64,000 nucleotides of DNA from a virus. The position numbers were made by a program, and so were the translations under genes. The first letter of the stretch is position 1; every line of letters begins with the position of its first letter. Shown here in pieces: positions 1-8,936 of this stretch. Where the stretch lies: IMG/VR virus record IMGVR_UViG_3300045988_176738, positions 32,001 through 96,000 of that record; one strand, given 5' to 3'. The notes beneath the pieces are model-generated. The model ran no database searches, was not told the origin of the DNA, and was given only the letters and a program-made list of their open reading frames with translations.

Positions 1-1
1 T

Positions 2-352
2 CAGGGTAAAAATCCTACACCTCCATCCGCTTCTGTTTGGGAACGCTATATTTCAGAAATGAATAAAATATTTAATGCAACAAAAAATATAAAAGATGAA
101 ACTGAAATAATAAAAAATGAAACTGAAGCTATAAGAGATGAAACTTTTGGAATAAAAGATGATGTTGTAAAATTAAGAGATGAAACTGAAGCTATAAAAA
201 ATACGGCTAAAGATTTCGTAAGTTCAATAACATATTCTACTTTTGAGGTTACTGATGATATGGAACTTGTCATATATAATGAAGAAAGTCTTGGAAACAT
301 GGGATTTGGAATAGATGATGATACTGGAGTTTTGGAGGTGGAAATAAGTTGA
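2..352 (+). CDS. tail-fibre-associated structural protein, 5'-truncated at the window edge
   Basis: The reading frame is open from nt 2 through the listed ORF 59..352, with no stop. The protein is an acidic coiled-coil with ETEAI/KDET repeats, and its end overlaps (ATGA) the tail-fibre gene that follows. Confidence 0.45.
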   Translation, partial: QGKNPTPPSASVWERYISEMNKIFNATKNIKDETEIIKNETEAIRDETFGIKDDVVKLRDETEAIKNTAKDFVSSITYSTFEVTDDMELVIYNEESLGNMGFGIDDDTGVLEVEIS

Positions 353-1629
353 GTAAGTCTACACGAACTGTTTTAGGGAAAGTCGGAATTTTACTTAGGG
401 GTGAATATGACTCAAATGTTTCTTACAAACGTCTTGATGGTGTTACCTATAATGGCAGTTTTTTTATTTGTAGAAAAGATTGTCAAGGAATTCCAGTAGA
501 AAATACAGATTATTGGCAATTGTCTGCAAAATCTGGTGAAAAGCCCAAAAATCATATAGATTATAATACAGAAGAAGAAAAAGCAGAATTTAAAAAAGAA
601 ATTATTGATGAAGCAACTTCTGAAGTTGGAGCTTATATTGATGAAAGAAAAAGCGAGTTAGATATAAAAACAGAAGAGCTTAAAAGTGAATTATCAGAAA
701 CTGAAAGTGAATTAGAAATTGATTTAGTAAAAAAAAAAGATGAATTAATTAAAGAAGTTGAAAATGCTCAAGTTGGATTTGATGAACATGTAAGTGAAAA
801 AATTTCGGCTTTTGATGATAATGCGAGTGATAAAGCCGCGGCTTTTGATACAAATGCAGAAACCAAAACTTCGGCTTTTGATACAAATGCGGAAACCAAA
901 ACTTCGGCTTTTAATACTAATGCAAGTGATAAAACTTCGGCTTTCAATGCTAATGCAGAATCTAAAACCTCGGCTTTCAATACAAATGCAAGTGAAAAAA
1001 CTGCCAGCTTTAATCAAAATGCTAGTGATAAGGTTGCTGAATTTGATGATGTTAAAGATGGTTTATTAGGACAAGCTGATGACTTATTCGACGCTTTAAC
1101 TACAAATGAGATAAGTGGAACTGAGCTATATATAGATGACGCTAAAGCTTGCAGGGTTATTAATAGCGAGATTGATGGTATGTATCAGCAAGAAACTACA
1201 AGTGGAAAGAATTTATTAGAAGTTGTTGCAACTTCACAAACATTAAATGGTATTACATTTACTATTAATGAAGATAAAACAATAACAGCAAATGGTACTG
1301 CAACTGGCACTGCATTTTTTGTTATTGGAACTTTTAGTTTTATAGCAAATACAAATTACATATTAAATGGTTGTCCAACTGGCGGAGCAATAACTACTTA
1401 TCATATTTTAATAGCAGACACTGCAAATGCCTATGATATTGGAAATGGCTATAATTGTGTATTTACAGAAGATACAACTAAAAATATAGTAATACGAGTT
1501 CAAAAAGGAGTAACTGTAAATAATATAGTATTTAAACCGATGATAATAAAAGGTTCACAAGCAACAGATTTTGAGCCCTATACAGGTCGGAGTTTCATCA
1601 CCAAATCCGGATTATCCGCAGGTAATTGA
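349..1629 (+). CDS. tail fibre protein with tandem 11-aa repeats
   Basis: 426 aa with a coiled-coil N-terminus, about 7 copies of SAF(D/N)TNAxxKT, and a Gly/Thr/Asn-rich beta-type C-terminus. It lies just upstream of the XkdX-like gene and the lysis cassette. Confidence 0.6.
   Translation: MSKSTRTVLGKVGILLRGEYDSNVSYKRLDGVTYNGSFFICRKDCQGIPVENTDYWQLSAKSGEKPKNHIDYNTEEEKAEFKKEIIDEATSEVGAYIDERKSELDIKTEELKSELSETESELEIDLVKKKDELIKEVENAQVGFDEHVSEKISAFDDNASDKAAAFDTNAETKTSAFDTNAETKTSAFNTNASDKTSAFNANAESKTSAFNTNASEKTASFNQNASDKVAEFDDVKDGLLGQADDLFDALTTNEISGTELYIDDAKACRVINSEIDGMYQQETTSGKNLLEVVATSQTLNGITFTINEDKTITANGTATGTAFFVIGTFSFIANTNYILNGCPTGGAITTYHILIADTANAYDIGNGYNCVFTEDTTKNIVIRVQKGVTVNNIVFKPMIIKGSQATDFEPYTGRSFITKSGLSAGN
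808..1038. repeat. 7 tandem copies of a 33-nt unit (gcttttgatacaaatgc...aaaacttcg) inside the tail fibre gene
   Basis: The repetition is directly visible in the sequence and codes the SAFDTNAETKT repeats. It also generates the spurious ORFs 745..1017, 768..980 and 794..1069. Confidence 0.85.
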
Positions 1630-2659
1630 ACAAATAGAAAATGTTAAATTAATGCACGATAGTTCAAATTTATTTAACGTAACAGATTATACCATTTTAA
1701 ATTTAAATCGAAACGGAAATGCAGAAATTACAAAAACAAAAGATAATTTTAGTTTTGTAACTTCTGCCGAAGATTATTGTGGAATATACATAACAACAGA
1801 TAAAATGAAAGAATATATAGACAATGGTAAAAAAGATACAGAATATAATATTTCCCTTGATATTTCGGCAACTCAAAATACAAATATTAGATATGGAATT
1901 TCAAATGTTAAATTTATAACAATAAATACAAAAAAAACTAGAATTTCATTTACAGGGATATTATCAAAGCCATTTTCATTATATTCTATGTCACAACAAG
2001 CTGGTACTACAGTGATTGTTTCTGACATAAAAATAACAAAAAATGAGGATACAGAATATACACCATATCAAAATCAGACAATCAACATAGACTTAAAAGG
2101 CAACAAACTATGTGCAATTTCGGACACTATAAAAGACAAATTGCTAATAGACAGGAATGGCAATGTTGCACTACAGAAAAATGTTGGAAAAAATATCTTT
2201 GACGGGACAAAAAAATGGAAAAAGAGTACTTATACAAAAAACACTATATTTTATTTAACAAATACGCAGAAAGCAAAATCCTATGATGTAGGAATTTGCA
2301 ACTATTTTCCTGTAAAAAGAGTTTGGGACACGGATATATTAGGATTAGAATTATATGACTTAAATAATATTCGTGTTGGACTAACAAGAAATTCCGAAAT
2401 ACAAACAGAAGATGCATTTAATGAATGGTTAACTACACATAATTTGGAAGTATATTATGCATTAGCAACACCAGAAATAATCGATTTAGGACAACTTCCG
2501 AAATTACTAAAAACCTTTAACGGCATTAATAACATTTGGGCAGAAACAAACCTAGGCAACACAGAAATAGAGATAGAGTATGTGCAAGATGTTAAGAAAT
2601 TGTTAGAACAAACACAAGCGATAATATTAAGTAATGCGAGTGAGGAGGTGGTCAAATAA
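1571..2659 (+). CDS. tail fibre / receptor-binding protein (distal segment)
   Basis: 362 aa, rich in N/T/K beta-strand sequence. It overlaps the upstream fibre ORF by 59 nt in another frame, so it is either a separate gene or the product of a frameshift. It precedes the XkdX-like gene. Confidence 0.5.
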   Translation: MSPIQVGVSSPNPDYPQVIEQIENVKLMHDSSNLFNVTDYTILNLNRNGNAEITKTKDNFSFVTSAEDYCGIYITTDKMKEYIDNGKKDTEYNISLDISATQNTNIRYGISNVKFITINTKKTRISFTGILSKPFSLYSMSQQAGTTVIVSDIKITKNEDTEYTPYQNQTINIDLKGNKLCAISDTIKDKLLIDRNGNVALQKNVGKNIFDGTKKWKKSTYTKNTIFYLTNTQKAKSYDVGICNYFPVKRVWDTDILGLELYDLNNIRVGLTRNSEIQTEDAFNEWLTTHNLEVYYALATPEIIDLGQLPKLLKTFNGINNIWAETNLGNTEIEIEYVQDVKKLLEQTQAIILSNASEEVVK

Positions 2660-2940
2660 TGATAGATTTAAGTAAAGCATTTAAAAATGCTGTAATAAAT
2701 TTATATAAAAAGGGGATTTATACAGTAGATTATGCAATCATAGAAGCTTCTAAACTTGCCGATAAAAATAAAATAAAAGCAGATGATTATGAAGAGTTAA
2801 TGACATATTTAGTAGAGCAACAAACTAAAGAAATGGAAGAAGAGACAAAAGAAGATACAGAAACAACAGATGAGAGTCAAACAAGTGGTGATGAAACAAT
2901 AGAAAATCAAGAAGTTATTAATAATCAATCTCAAGAATAA
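2659..2940 (+). CDS. XkdX-like small phage protein
   Basis: 93 aa. The N-terminal block KAFKNAVINLYKKGIYTVDYAIIEASKL..DDYEELM resembles the PBSX XkdX family and sits in the same position, between the tail fibre and the lysis genes. The C-terminus is acidic. Confidence 0.5.
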   Translation: MIDLSKAFKNAVINLYKKGIYTVDYAIIEASKLADKNKIKADDYEELMTYLVEQQTKEMEEETKEDTETTDESQTSGDETIENQEVINNQSQE

Positions 2941-3028
2941 TAGATTTATAAATGATTATTTAAGGATAGATTTAGGTAGTTATCACGCTAAATAATTAAT
3001 TAAAAAATAAAAAAAATTAAAAAATCAC

Positions 3029-3057
3029 TTGACAAATTTCAATTTGTAGTGTATAAT
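3029..3057 (+). promoter_or_regulatory. consensus sigma70 promoter (TTGACA-17-TATAAT, TG upstream of the -10)
   Basis: cttgacaaatttcaatttgtagtgtataat. It belongs to the same promoter family that recurs about 10 times on the – strand. Confidence 0.7.
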
Positions 3058-3286
3058 ATAATTGTCCTCAAAAAGAGGACACAAAATATCTAAAATCGGT
3101 ATACAATGTGTTATGCCTATTCGACTGCCCCTTCCATCTTGGGTGTGTGCGAATGTATTGTTTTGATAAGGAATATAATAATTTAGTTTCTTAAATGTTA
3201 GTTTAAAGATAAAATCCATCAACATTTTTAAACTATATTTTAGATAGTTGTAATTCGGCTATCTAATGAAATAAATATTCTTCTAC

Positions 3287-3316
3287 GAGCACCATTTTGT
3301 GGTGCTCATTATTTTT
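3287..3316 (+). terminator. intrinsic terminator / attenuator in the endolysin leader
   Basis: Perfect 8-bp stem gagcacca/tggtgctc with a 5-nt loop, followed by attattttt. It lies between the promoter at 3029 and the endolysin start codon. Confidence 0.5.
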
Positions 3317-3329
3317 AGGTGGTGATAAA

Positions 3330-3425
3330 ATGGAAGATGAAATCTTAAATGCTGAAAGTGTTTTAGAAGCTAATAATTTTAATGAAGATGTTATTGAAGA
3401 AAGCGAGGTTGAAGATAATGGCTAA
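3330..3425 (+). CDS. 31-aa acidic leader peptide (uORF) translationally coupled to the endolysin
   Basis: Strong RBS aggtggtga, then ATG. It encodes MEDEILNAESVLEANNFNEDVIEESEVEDNG, and its stop overlaps the endolysin ATG at 3418 (ATGGCTAA). Confidence 0.35.
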   Translation: MEDEILNAESVLEANNFNEDVIEESEVEDNG

Positions 3426-4047
3426 TGTCAAACAATTTTCAAAAAAGCAAAGTGGAAGTAAAAAATTAAGTAATAATTTTAAAATAAAAGAATTTGCTTG
3501 CAAAGATGGTAGTGATACTATTTTAATAGATTTAGATATGATAAATGTTTTACAGAAGATAAGAGATCTTGGTGGTGCAATAACAATTAATAGTGCTTAC
3601 AGAACAGCTAGCTGGAATAGAAAACAAGGCGGAGCACGTAGAAGTTATCATTTGTATGGTCGTGCTTTTGATATAAGATGTGTAGGCTTAAAATTAGATG
3701 ATATATGTGCTATTGCTAATACATTAGGTGTTAAGGGAATTATTAGATATGGTACATTTGTACATATAGATAGTAGGACATCAACTTATCATGCTACTTC
3801 AAGTGGTACAAGAAAAAATTATGGTAAATATCATATTCCTTTTTCTACTAATATAAAAATAGGAAGTAGAGGAACAAATACTGGAATAGTTCAATTTAAA
3901 TTAAATAGTTTAGGCTATAATTGTGGAAATGCAGATGGAATTTGCGGTGAAAAGACAAAAAATGCAATAATAAATTTCCAAAAAAATAATGGTCTTGTAG
4001 CTGATGGAATCTGTGGAAAAAACACTTGGGCTAAACTTTTTGCATAA
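3382..4047 (+). CDS. endolysin: M15-family zinc D-Ala-D-Ala peptidase domain plus C-terminal peptidoglycan-binding (PG_binding_1) repeats; likely true start at ATG 3418
   Basis: SAYRTASWNRKQGGARRSYHLYGRAFDI is the peptidase M15 core. GICGEKTKNAIINFQKNNGLVADGICGKNTWAKL is a PG-binding domain. The RBS gaggttgaagat sits in front of ATG 3418 (MANVKQ..). Confidence 0.8.
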   Translation: MKMLLKKARLKIMANVKQFSKKQSGSKKLSNNFKIKEFACKDGSDTILIDLDMINVLQKIRDLGGAITINSAYRTASWNRKQGGARRSYHLYGRAFDIRCVGLKLDDICAIANTLGVKGIIRYGTFVHIDSRTSTYHATSSGTRKNYGKYHIPFSTNIKIGSRGTNTGIVQFKLNSLGYNCGNADGICGEKTKNAIINFQKNNGLVADGICGKNTWAKLFA

Positions 4048-4061
4048 ATTTTAAAAAGTAC

Positions 4062-4090
4062 TTGACAAATTTCAACATATAGTGTATAAT
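4062..4090 (+). promoter_or_regulatory. consensus sigma70 promoter (TTGACA-17-TATAAT)
   Basis: cttgacaaatttcaacatatagtgtataat is a second + strand copy of the recurring promoter. Confidence 0.7.
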
Positions 4091-4528
4091 GAAGATACAA
4101 AGATGTTGAAAGGAGGAAGGTGCGAAATGATAAAAATAACTAAAAACAAGAAGCTAACTATATTTACAATAATAATAGGCATTTTAATATGTGGATTTTT
4201 ATTGTTTTGGTGCGGAAATTTAAGCAGTACGCAAGGAAATTTTATATGTCAAGAAACACAACTTGGTATAAATTTACTTTTAGCGATATGTATTTTGTGG
4301 TTTATGGGCTTTATAATTTATAAAGTTTCTGAGCACGAAAAGTTAATACAGGAATGTCAAAAGCAAAATGAAAAAATAGAAAAATTAGTTGAAAATAATA
4401 ATGAATTGCTAGAATATATAATTGATAAAAATGAAATAGATTTTACTAATTTACAAAACTTTAATCAAAATAATAGAGAACTTTTGTTAAGAATGTATTA
4501 TAATCGTGGAAGTGATACCAATGACTAG
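4082..4528 (+). CDS. membrane-anchored coiled-coil protein (likely start ATG 4126 after the RBS aaggaggaagg)
   Basis: Two N-terminal TM helices followed by a coiled coil. The function is unknown; superinfection exclusion or an Abi-type role is a guess. Confidence 0.45.
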   Translation: MYNEDTKMLKGGRCEMIKITKNKKLTIFTIIIGILICGFLLFWCGNLSSTQGNFICQETQLGINLLLAICILWFMGFIIYKVSEHEKLIQECQKQNEKIEKLVENNNELLEYIIDKNEIDFTNLQNFNQNNRELLLRMYYNRGSDTND

Positions 4529-4865
4529 AGCGGAATTATGGAATAAACAAAATAATGTCGAAGATAATTACAACTTAATAAAAAATTTATTTCAAATTTT
4601 CGGCTTTAAAGAGAATATTAATTTTTTTAAAGACTATGATAATGCAATTAGATTTAAAAGGTGGCGTAATGGTTATGAGCAAGTATATAGAATTGTAGTG
4701 AACGAAAAAATTCATTGTCTGGAAATTTATATACGCTCTGTAAAAAACAATAAATTAATGAAGGAAAATTTTCATCTTTATAAAAATAGAGAGGGAAAAC
4801 CTTTAAGATTTAATGGCTTTGACCCATGGTTTGATTGTATTAAGTGGTTGGGGAAGGCAAAGTAG
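4506..4865 (+). CDS. hypothetical protein
   Basis: A 119-aa ORF in the same operon, with no recognisable motif. Confidence 0.35.
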   Translation: MEVIPMTRAELWNKQNNVEDNYNLIKNLFQIFGFKENINFFKDYDNAIRFKRWRNGYEQVYRIVVNEKIHCLEIYIRSVKNNKLMKENFHLYKNREGKPLRFNGFDPWFDCIKWLGKAK

Positions 4866-5349
4866 TGTTATGGATATTATAAATTTTCTTATTGATTTTA
4901 TGTTTTATTCTTTTATCGATGGTATAATTTGTTACTTATTTATTTGTAATATTAAACCTATAAAAGAAATTAAATTTAAAAATGTTGTATTTAATGCAAT
5001 TTGTTTAGCTTTAATTTTTGCAGTAGTTAGTAGTTTTATTCCAATAGTAGAATTAAGTCAATTTTGTTCTGCAATATTGGCAAGTTTATATTTATACTTT
5101 ATTCGTAAATATAATTTAAAAGATTCTTTTAAGTGTGGTTTGATTTCAGTTACAACTATTTGCTTAATTGAATTTATTTATGGAATATTGTTAAATAAAT
5201 TGGTAAGCACTAATGTGTTTTGTTTTAATTTAGATTCTACCATAAGAATAATTAGTTATTTAGCTTTTAAAATTATAGAATTTTTTATTTTTATAATTTG
5301 GAGGTGTTTTATAATGAAATTGGTATTAGGTGGAATAGTAAGAAGATAG
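4813..5349 (+). CDS. polytopic membrane protein
   Basis: Four to five predicted TM helices. Confidence 0.4.
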   Translation: MALTHGLIVLSGWGRQSSVMDIINFLIDFMFYSFIDGIICYLFICNIKPIKEIKFKNVVFNAICLALIFAVVSSFIPIVELSQFCSAILASLYLYFIRKYNLKDSFKCGLISVTTICLIEFIYGILLNKLVSTNVFCFNLDSTIRIISYLAFKIIEFFIFIIWRCFIMKLVLGGIVRR

Positions 5350-5357
5350 TTTGAAAG

Positions 5358-5384
5358 GGGCGGTTATTTTGACCGCCTTTTGGT
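5358..5384 (+). terminator. possible intrinsic terminator
   Basis: Stem gggcggt..accgcc followed by ttttgg. Confidence 0.4.
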
Positions 5385-5390
5385 GTTGAA

Positions 5391-5975
5391 ATGGATAAAT
5401 TATTAATAAAAATTGCCGATGTATATAATAATTACAGATTTAAACATAATAAGATAAATTCTGAAAATTATTCTGATAAAGATTATACATTTCGTGCAAA
5501 TCTATATAATATAATTGTATTTATTAGTTTTTGTTTGTTTGGAGCTTTAATAGGTCATTTTTTTGAGATGATTATGCTCTTTTTGGTCTTTAATGTTTTA
5601 AGAGATAAATCAAATGGAATACATAGTTATGGAAGTTTAAGTTTTTGTTTTGTATTTTCTCTCGCCTTATTCTTTATAACTTGTTTTTTATGTGATTTTA
5701 ATTTTCCTTACTACATTATTTCGCCATTTAGTATAATATTTACTTATATAAAATCTCCTTACATAAATGAAGGCTATGAACAAAAGCAGGTCGAAGATGA
5801 TATAAAGAAAGTTGATTATTTAATCTTGGCAATTTTATTTTGGATTTTATCATTTGCTCCTGTTGGAGATAATATGAGCAATGCTATAAATATAGCCATT
5901 ATATCTGTTTCGCTTTTTATGAGTAAGAAAGTTGAAAAACTATTTTTTGGAATAAAAGGCTTATTACATTTATAG
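5391..5975 (+). CDS. polytopic membrane protein
   Basis: A 194-aa protein with several hydrophobic helices and no catalytic motif recognised. Confidence 0.4.
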   Translation: MDKLLIKIADVYNNYRFKHNKINSENYSDKDYTFRANLYNIIVFISFCLFGALIGHFFEMIMLFLVFNVLRDKSNGIHSYGSLSFCFVFSLALFFITCFLCDFNFPYYIISPFSIIFTYIKSPYINEGYEQKQVEDDIKKVDYLILAILFWILSFAPVGDNMSNAINIAIISVSLFMSKKVEKLFFGIKGLLHL

Positions 5976-6025
5976 ACCTCGCACTTTCAGAGGTTTATCA
6001 ACTAAAGAACTAATGGGGTGATAAA

Positions 6026-6271
6026 ATGGAAAAATCTTTTGAAACCGAGGTGCTTACAAGGTTGGCAGTAATAGAGAGTAAAATTGATGATTATAAAACA
6101 CTTAAAGATAAAACCGATACTGCTTTAAATAAAAGTGAAAGTAATGAAAAACGCCTAGATGAGATAGAAGATAACAACAGATGGGTATTTAGAACTAGTA
6201 TTGGGGCTATTATAACAAGTGTTGCGGGGATTATATTTTTGTTTATCAAACTAGGTATGGGAATAAATTAG
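6026..6271 (+). CDS. xhlA: XhlA-like haemolysin / holin-associated protein
   Basis: 81 aa with an N-terminal coiled coil (LTRLAVIESKIDDYKTLKDK) and a single C-terminal TM helix (IGAIITSVAGIIFLFI). This is the XhlA architecture, and the gene sits immediately upstream of the holin. Confidence 0.7.
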   Translation: MEKSFETEVLTRLAVIESKIDDYKTLKDKTDTALNKSESNEKRLDEIEDNNRWVFRTSIGAIITSVAGIIFLFIKLGMGIN

Positions 6272-6284
6272 AGGCGGTGATGTT

Positions 6285-6578
6285 ATGAAAGATTTTTTTA
6301 AAAAGATTTCAAAAATTAACTGGGTTGTAAGATTAAAGAATCCAATTTTTGTTGTTCAGTTATTATTGGCGATAATAACGCCAGTTCTTGCATATATGGG
6401 AATTACATTTCAAGACTTAACAAGTTGGGAAAAATTAGGTGAAGTAATTCTTAATGCGTTATCTAATCCCTACATATTAGGTTTAATTATTGTAAATGCG
6501 TTTAATGCCTTGACAGATCCTACAACAAAAGGAATTTCTGATAGCGAAAAAGCACTAACATATACCGAACCAAAATAA
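6285..6578 (+). CDS. holin, phage LL-H family
   Basis: INWVVRLKNPIFVVQLLLAIITPVL...TDPTTKGISDSEKALTY matches the LL-H-type holin signature (TDPTTEGISDS). Confidence 0.8.
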   Translation: MKDFFKKISKINWVVRLKNPIFVVQLLLAIITPVLAYMGITFQDLTSWEKLGEVILNALSNPYILGLIIVNAFNALTDPTTKGISDSEKALTYTEPK

Positions 6579-6588
6579 ATATTTGTAC

Positions 6589-6612
6589 GAGGCGAGTATT
6601 CGCCTCTTTTTT
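6589..6612 (+). terminator. rho-independent terminator ending the lysis operon
   Basis: Stem gaggcg/cgcctc with loop agtatt, followed by tttttt. Confidence 0.75.
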
Positions 6613-6688
6613 AAGAGTAAAAATAATAAAATTCAAATTTTATCAAAAAATCGAGGCTGAAACCCCTAGAGCCATAAGGGTTTCAAAT

Positions 6689-6717
6689 TTGACATTTTTT
6701 ATTTTTTTTGCTTAATT
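6689..6717 (+). promoter_or_regulatory. candidate promoter (TTGACA-17-TGcTTAATT, extended -10)
   Basis: Located upstream of the RuvC/integrase pair. Confidence 0.45.
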
Positions 6718-6729
6718 TCAATAAAATAT

Positions 6730-7383
6730 TTGGAGGTGATTTTTTTGCTATTATCTTTAGATATGTCGACAAAAAAAACAGGATTTTGCGTTTGGGATAA
6801 TTGTCAAATTATAAAATTTGGTTTAATAGAACCTAATATTAAATTTGAATCAGACAATAAAGATAAAGTTTTATATGCTAGAATTAAATTCCTTTATAAT
6901 GAATTAAAAAATATAATTGAAGAATATAAAATAACAGAATGTGTGTTCGAAGATGTTCCTGTAGGATATAATCAAAATTTAGATGTTGGTAAGTGGCTTT
7001 GTATAATTCATGGAATGTTAATTGCACTTTGTTATCGTTATAATATTAATTTTGTAAATTATCATCCGACGGAGTGGAGAAAAAATTGTGGACTTCTTAT
7101 CTCACAATATACATGTAATAAATGTGGAACTAAATTTTTAGATAATTCAGCAGATAAAGATGTCATTTGTCCAAACTGTAAAAATGATAAAAAAAGCACA
7201 TTTTCAAAAATACAACAAAATGATAGATATACATTAAAAGAAAGAGCGGTTAATGAAGTAAATAAATTATTTGAATTAAATTTAGTATATAAAAATAAAA
7301 CTAGCAAACTTAATGAAGATGATATTGCTGAAGCTATTTTAATAGGAATGTCATATTTAAAAAGTAAAAAAGGAAGTGATTAA
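6730..7383 (+). CDS. RuvC-like Holliday-junction resolvase with an inserted Zn-ribbon (possible TTG start at 6745)
   Basis: LSLDMSTKKTGFCVWD is the RuvC motif I, and DDIAEAILIG is the terminal catalytic Asp motif. C-x2-C...C-x2-C forms the Zn-ribbon. Confidence 0.75.
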   Translation: MEVIFLLLSLDMSTKKTGFCVWDNCQIIKFGLIEPNIKFESDNKDKVLYARIKFLYNELKNIIEEYKITECVFEDVPVGYNQNLDVGKWLCIIHGMLIALCYRYNINFVNYHPTEWRKNCGLLISQYTCNKCGTKFLDNSADKDVICPNCKNDKKSTFSKIQQNDRYTLKERAVNEVNKLFELNLVYKNKTSKLNEDDIAEAILIGMSYLKSKKGSD

Positions 7384-7385
7384 TT

Positions 7386-8396
7386 TTGGCAAGAAAACAA
7401 GAAGTATTAGATTTAACCAATCAATATTATGAAAATGCCAATGAAGAAAATAAAAGAATTGCAAATGAGTATTTAGAAAATGCTACGCATTTATCACCAG
7501 AAAGTTTAAAACAATATAAATCTGCGGCAAGAGTTTGGATTTCTTATATTAATAAATTTTTAAATAATAAAAACTTTAGAGATATTAAGCCTATGGAATT
7601 CCAGCGTTATCAAAATTGGCTTTATAATCAAGGAATATATGAAGCTAATATAAAGATGAAACGCAGTTTAGTGAGCAATTTAAACGAATATATGATTTTA
7701 TATTATGGTGATGAAGAAGAATATAAAACATTTCGTAATTTTGTAACTCAAGCAATTAAAGTGCCAGTAACAGGAAAAAAATATCAAAAAGAGCCATTAA
7801 CCATAGAAGAATATGAAAATTTATGTAAATATTTAGAAGAAAAAAAAGAATGGCAAAAACTTGCTTATTTGAAATTTACTTATGTATCAGGTTGTAGAAA
7901 GCGTGAATCTCTTAGTTTATTAAAGGAAGTTGTAAATTATAAACCAATAGAAAAAATGACAAAAGTAAAAGATGAAAATGGTGTGGAACATACAGTACCT
8001 ATAAAAAAGTATAAAACAAATCCAATTAAATGTAAAGGCAAAAAAGGAGATGCTCCTAGAAAATTAACTTTTGATGAAGATACTTTACATTATTTAAAAA
8101 AATGGCTTGCTGTGAGAGGCGAAGATGATTGTCCTTATATGTTTGTTGTTGGTAGAGGCGAAGGTGCTCATCAACCGAATGTAGCAACTCCTAACAATTG
8201 GTGTAAAGAGTTTGAACAATTTATTGGAAGAAGATTGCATCCACACCTTATTAGGTCTAGTCGTGCAACTGCATTAAAACTTAGTGGAAAAAGTATTGAA
8301 GCAATTCAAAAACTTCTTGGTCATAAATCTTCTGAAACAACAAAGATTTATATAGTTGAAGATGATGACGATGAAGAAGATGAATTATTTGTTTAA
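7386..8396 (+). CDS. int: tyrosine recombinase / phage integrase
   Basis: The catalytic core is present: CRKRES, HPHLIRSSRAT (HxxR) and KIYIVED (Tyr). It has a TTG start (MARKQEV) and an acidic C-terminal tail. Confidence 0.85.
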   Translation: MARKQEVLDLTNQYYENANEENKRIANEYLENATHLSPESLKQYKSAARVWISYINKFLNNKNFRDIKPMEFQRYQNWLYNQGIYEANIKMKRSLVSNLNEYMILYYGDEEEYKTFRNFVTQAIKVPVTGKKYQKEPLTIEEYENLCKYLEEKKEWQKLAYLKFTYVSGCRKRESLSLLKEVVNYKPIEKMTKVKDENGVEHTVPIKKYKTNPIKCKGKKGDAPRKLTFDEDTLHYLKKWLAVRGEDDCPYMFVVGRGEGAHQPNVATPNNWCKEFEQFIGRRLHPHLIRSSRATALKLSGKSIEAIQKLLGHKSSETTKIYIVEDDDDEEDELFV

Positions 8397-8408
8397 TGGA
8401 GGTATTTT

Positions 8409-8927
8409 ATGAATTTAAAATTAAAAGAAAAAAAACATATTATTAGATTTTTTGGTTTAAAACCAATAAAATTAAAATCTTATATTACAGATTCTGAAAA
8501 ACTTTTTATGTTAGAACAAATTCAAGAATCTTATGAAGAAAGATTGAAAGAAAAAGAAAATATTGTTCCTTTAATTGCAGGATTAGAAGCGGATATAGAT
8601 ATTTTAATTTGTACTCTTTCTGTTCAAGATATAGATTTTACAAATTTAAAATATTCGGATTTAAATAATTCTGGCTTTTTAAATTTCGTTAAAAAATATG
8701 TATCTAATTATGATGAAATCAGAAAATCTTGCTTTGATATGATTTCTCTTTTAAAAATTGAGAGTTTAATTCCTAATATGTCTGAATTTATGAATAAATT
8801 TTCTGATAATGCAACTTTTTTAGAAAATTTAGCAGAAGGAAAAACTAGCGAAGAAATTTCTGCACTAACAGAAGAATTAAAAAAAATAAATCAAGAGCAA
8901 ATAAAAAAAACAACTAAAAGTAAATAG
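8409..8927 (+). CDS. hypothetical protein (possible tail assembly chaperone by position upstream of the tape-measure gene)
   Basis: A 172-aa acidic C-terminus. The call rests on position only. Confidence 0.35.
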   Translation: MNLKLKEKKHIIRFFGLKPIKLKSYITDSEKLFMLEQIQESYEERLKEKENIVPLIAGLEADIDILICTLSVQDIDFTNLKYSDLNNSGFLNFVKKYVSNYDEIRKSCFDMISLLKIESLIPNMSEFMNKFSDNATFLENLAEGKTSEEISALTEELKKINQEQIKKTTKSK

Positions 8928-8936
8928 GTGAATTAA

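Noticed and set aside
745-1069. ORFs 745-1017(-), 768-980(-) and 794-1069(+) from the six-frame track
   Set aside because: They lie entirely inside the 33-nt tandem repeat of the tail fibre gene, and their repetitive low-complexity translations are artefacts of the repeat.
3382-3417. ATG 3382 as the endolysin start
   Set aside because: There is no RBS in front of it. ATG 3418 has GAGG at -8 and is overlapped by the stop of a well-initiated uORF. The catalytic domain begins downstream either way.
6648-6685. Hairpin gaaaccc..gggtttc upstream of the RuvC gene as a terminator
   Set aside because: No T-run follows on the + strand. On the – strand a T-run follows, but no – strand gene ends here. 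It was left unannotated.
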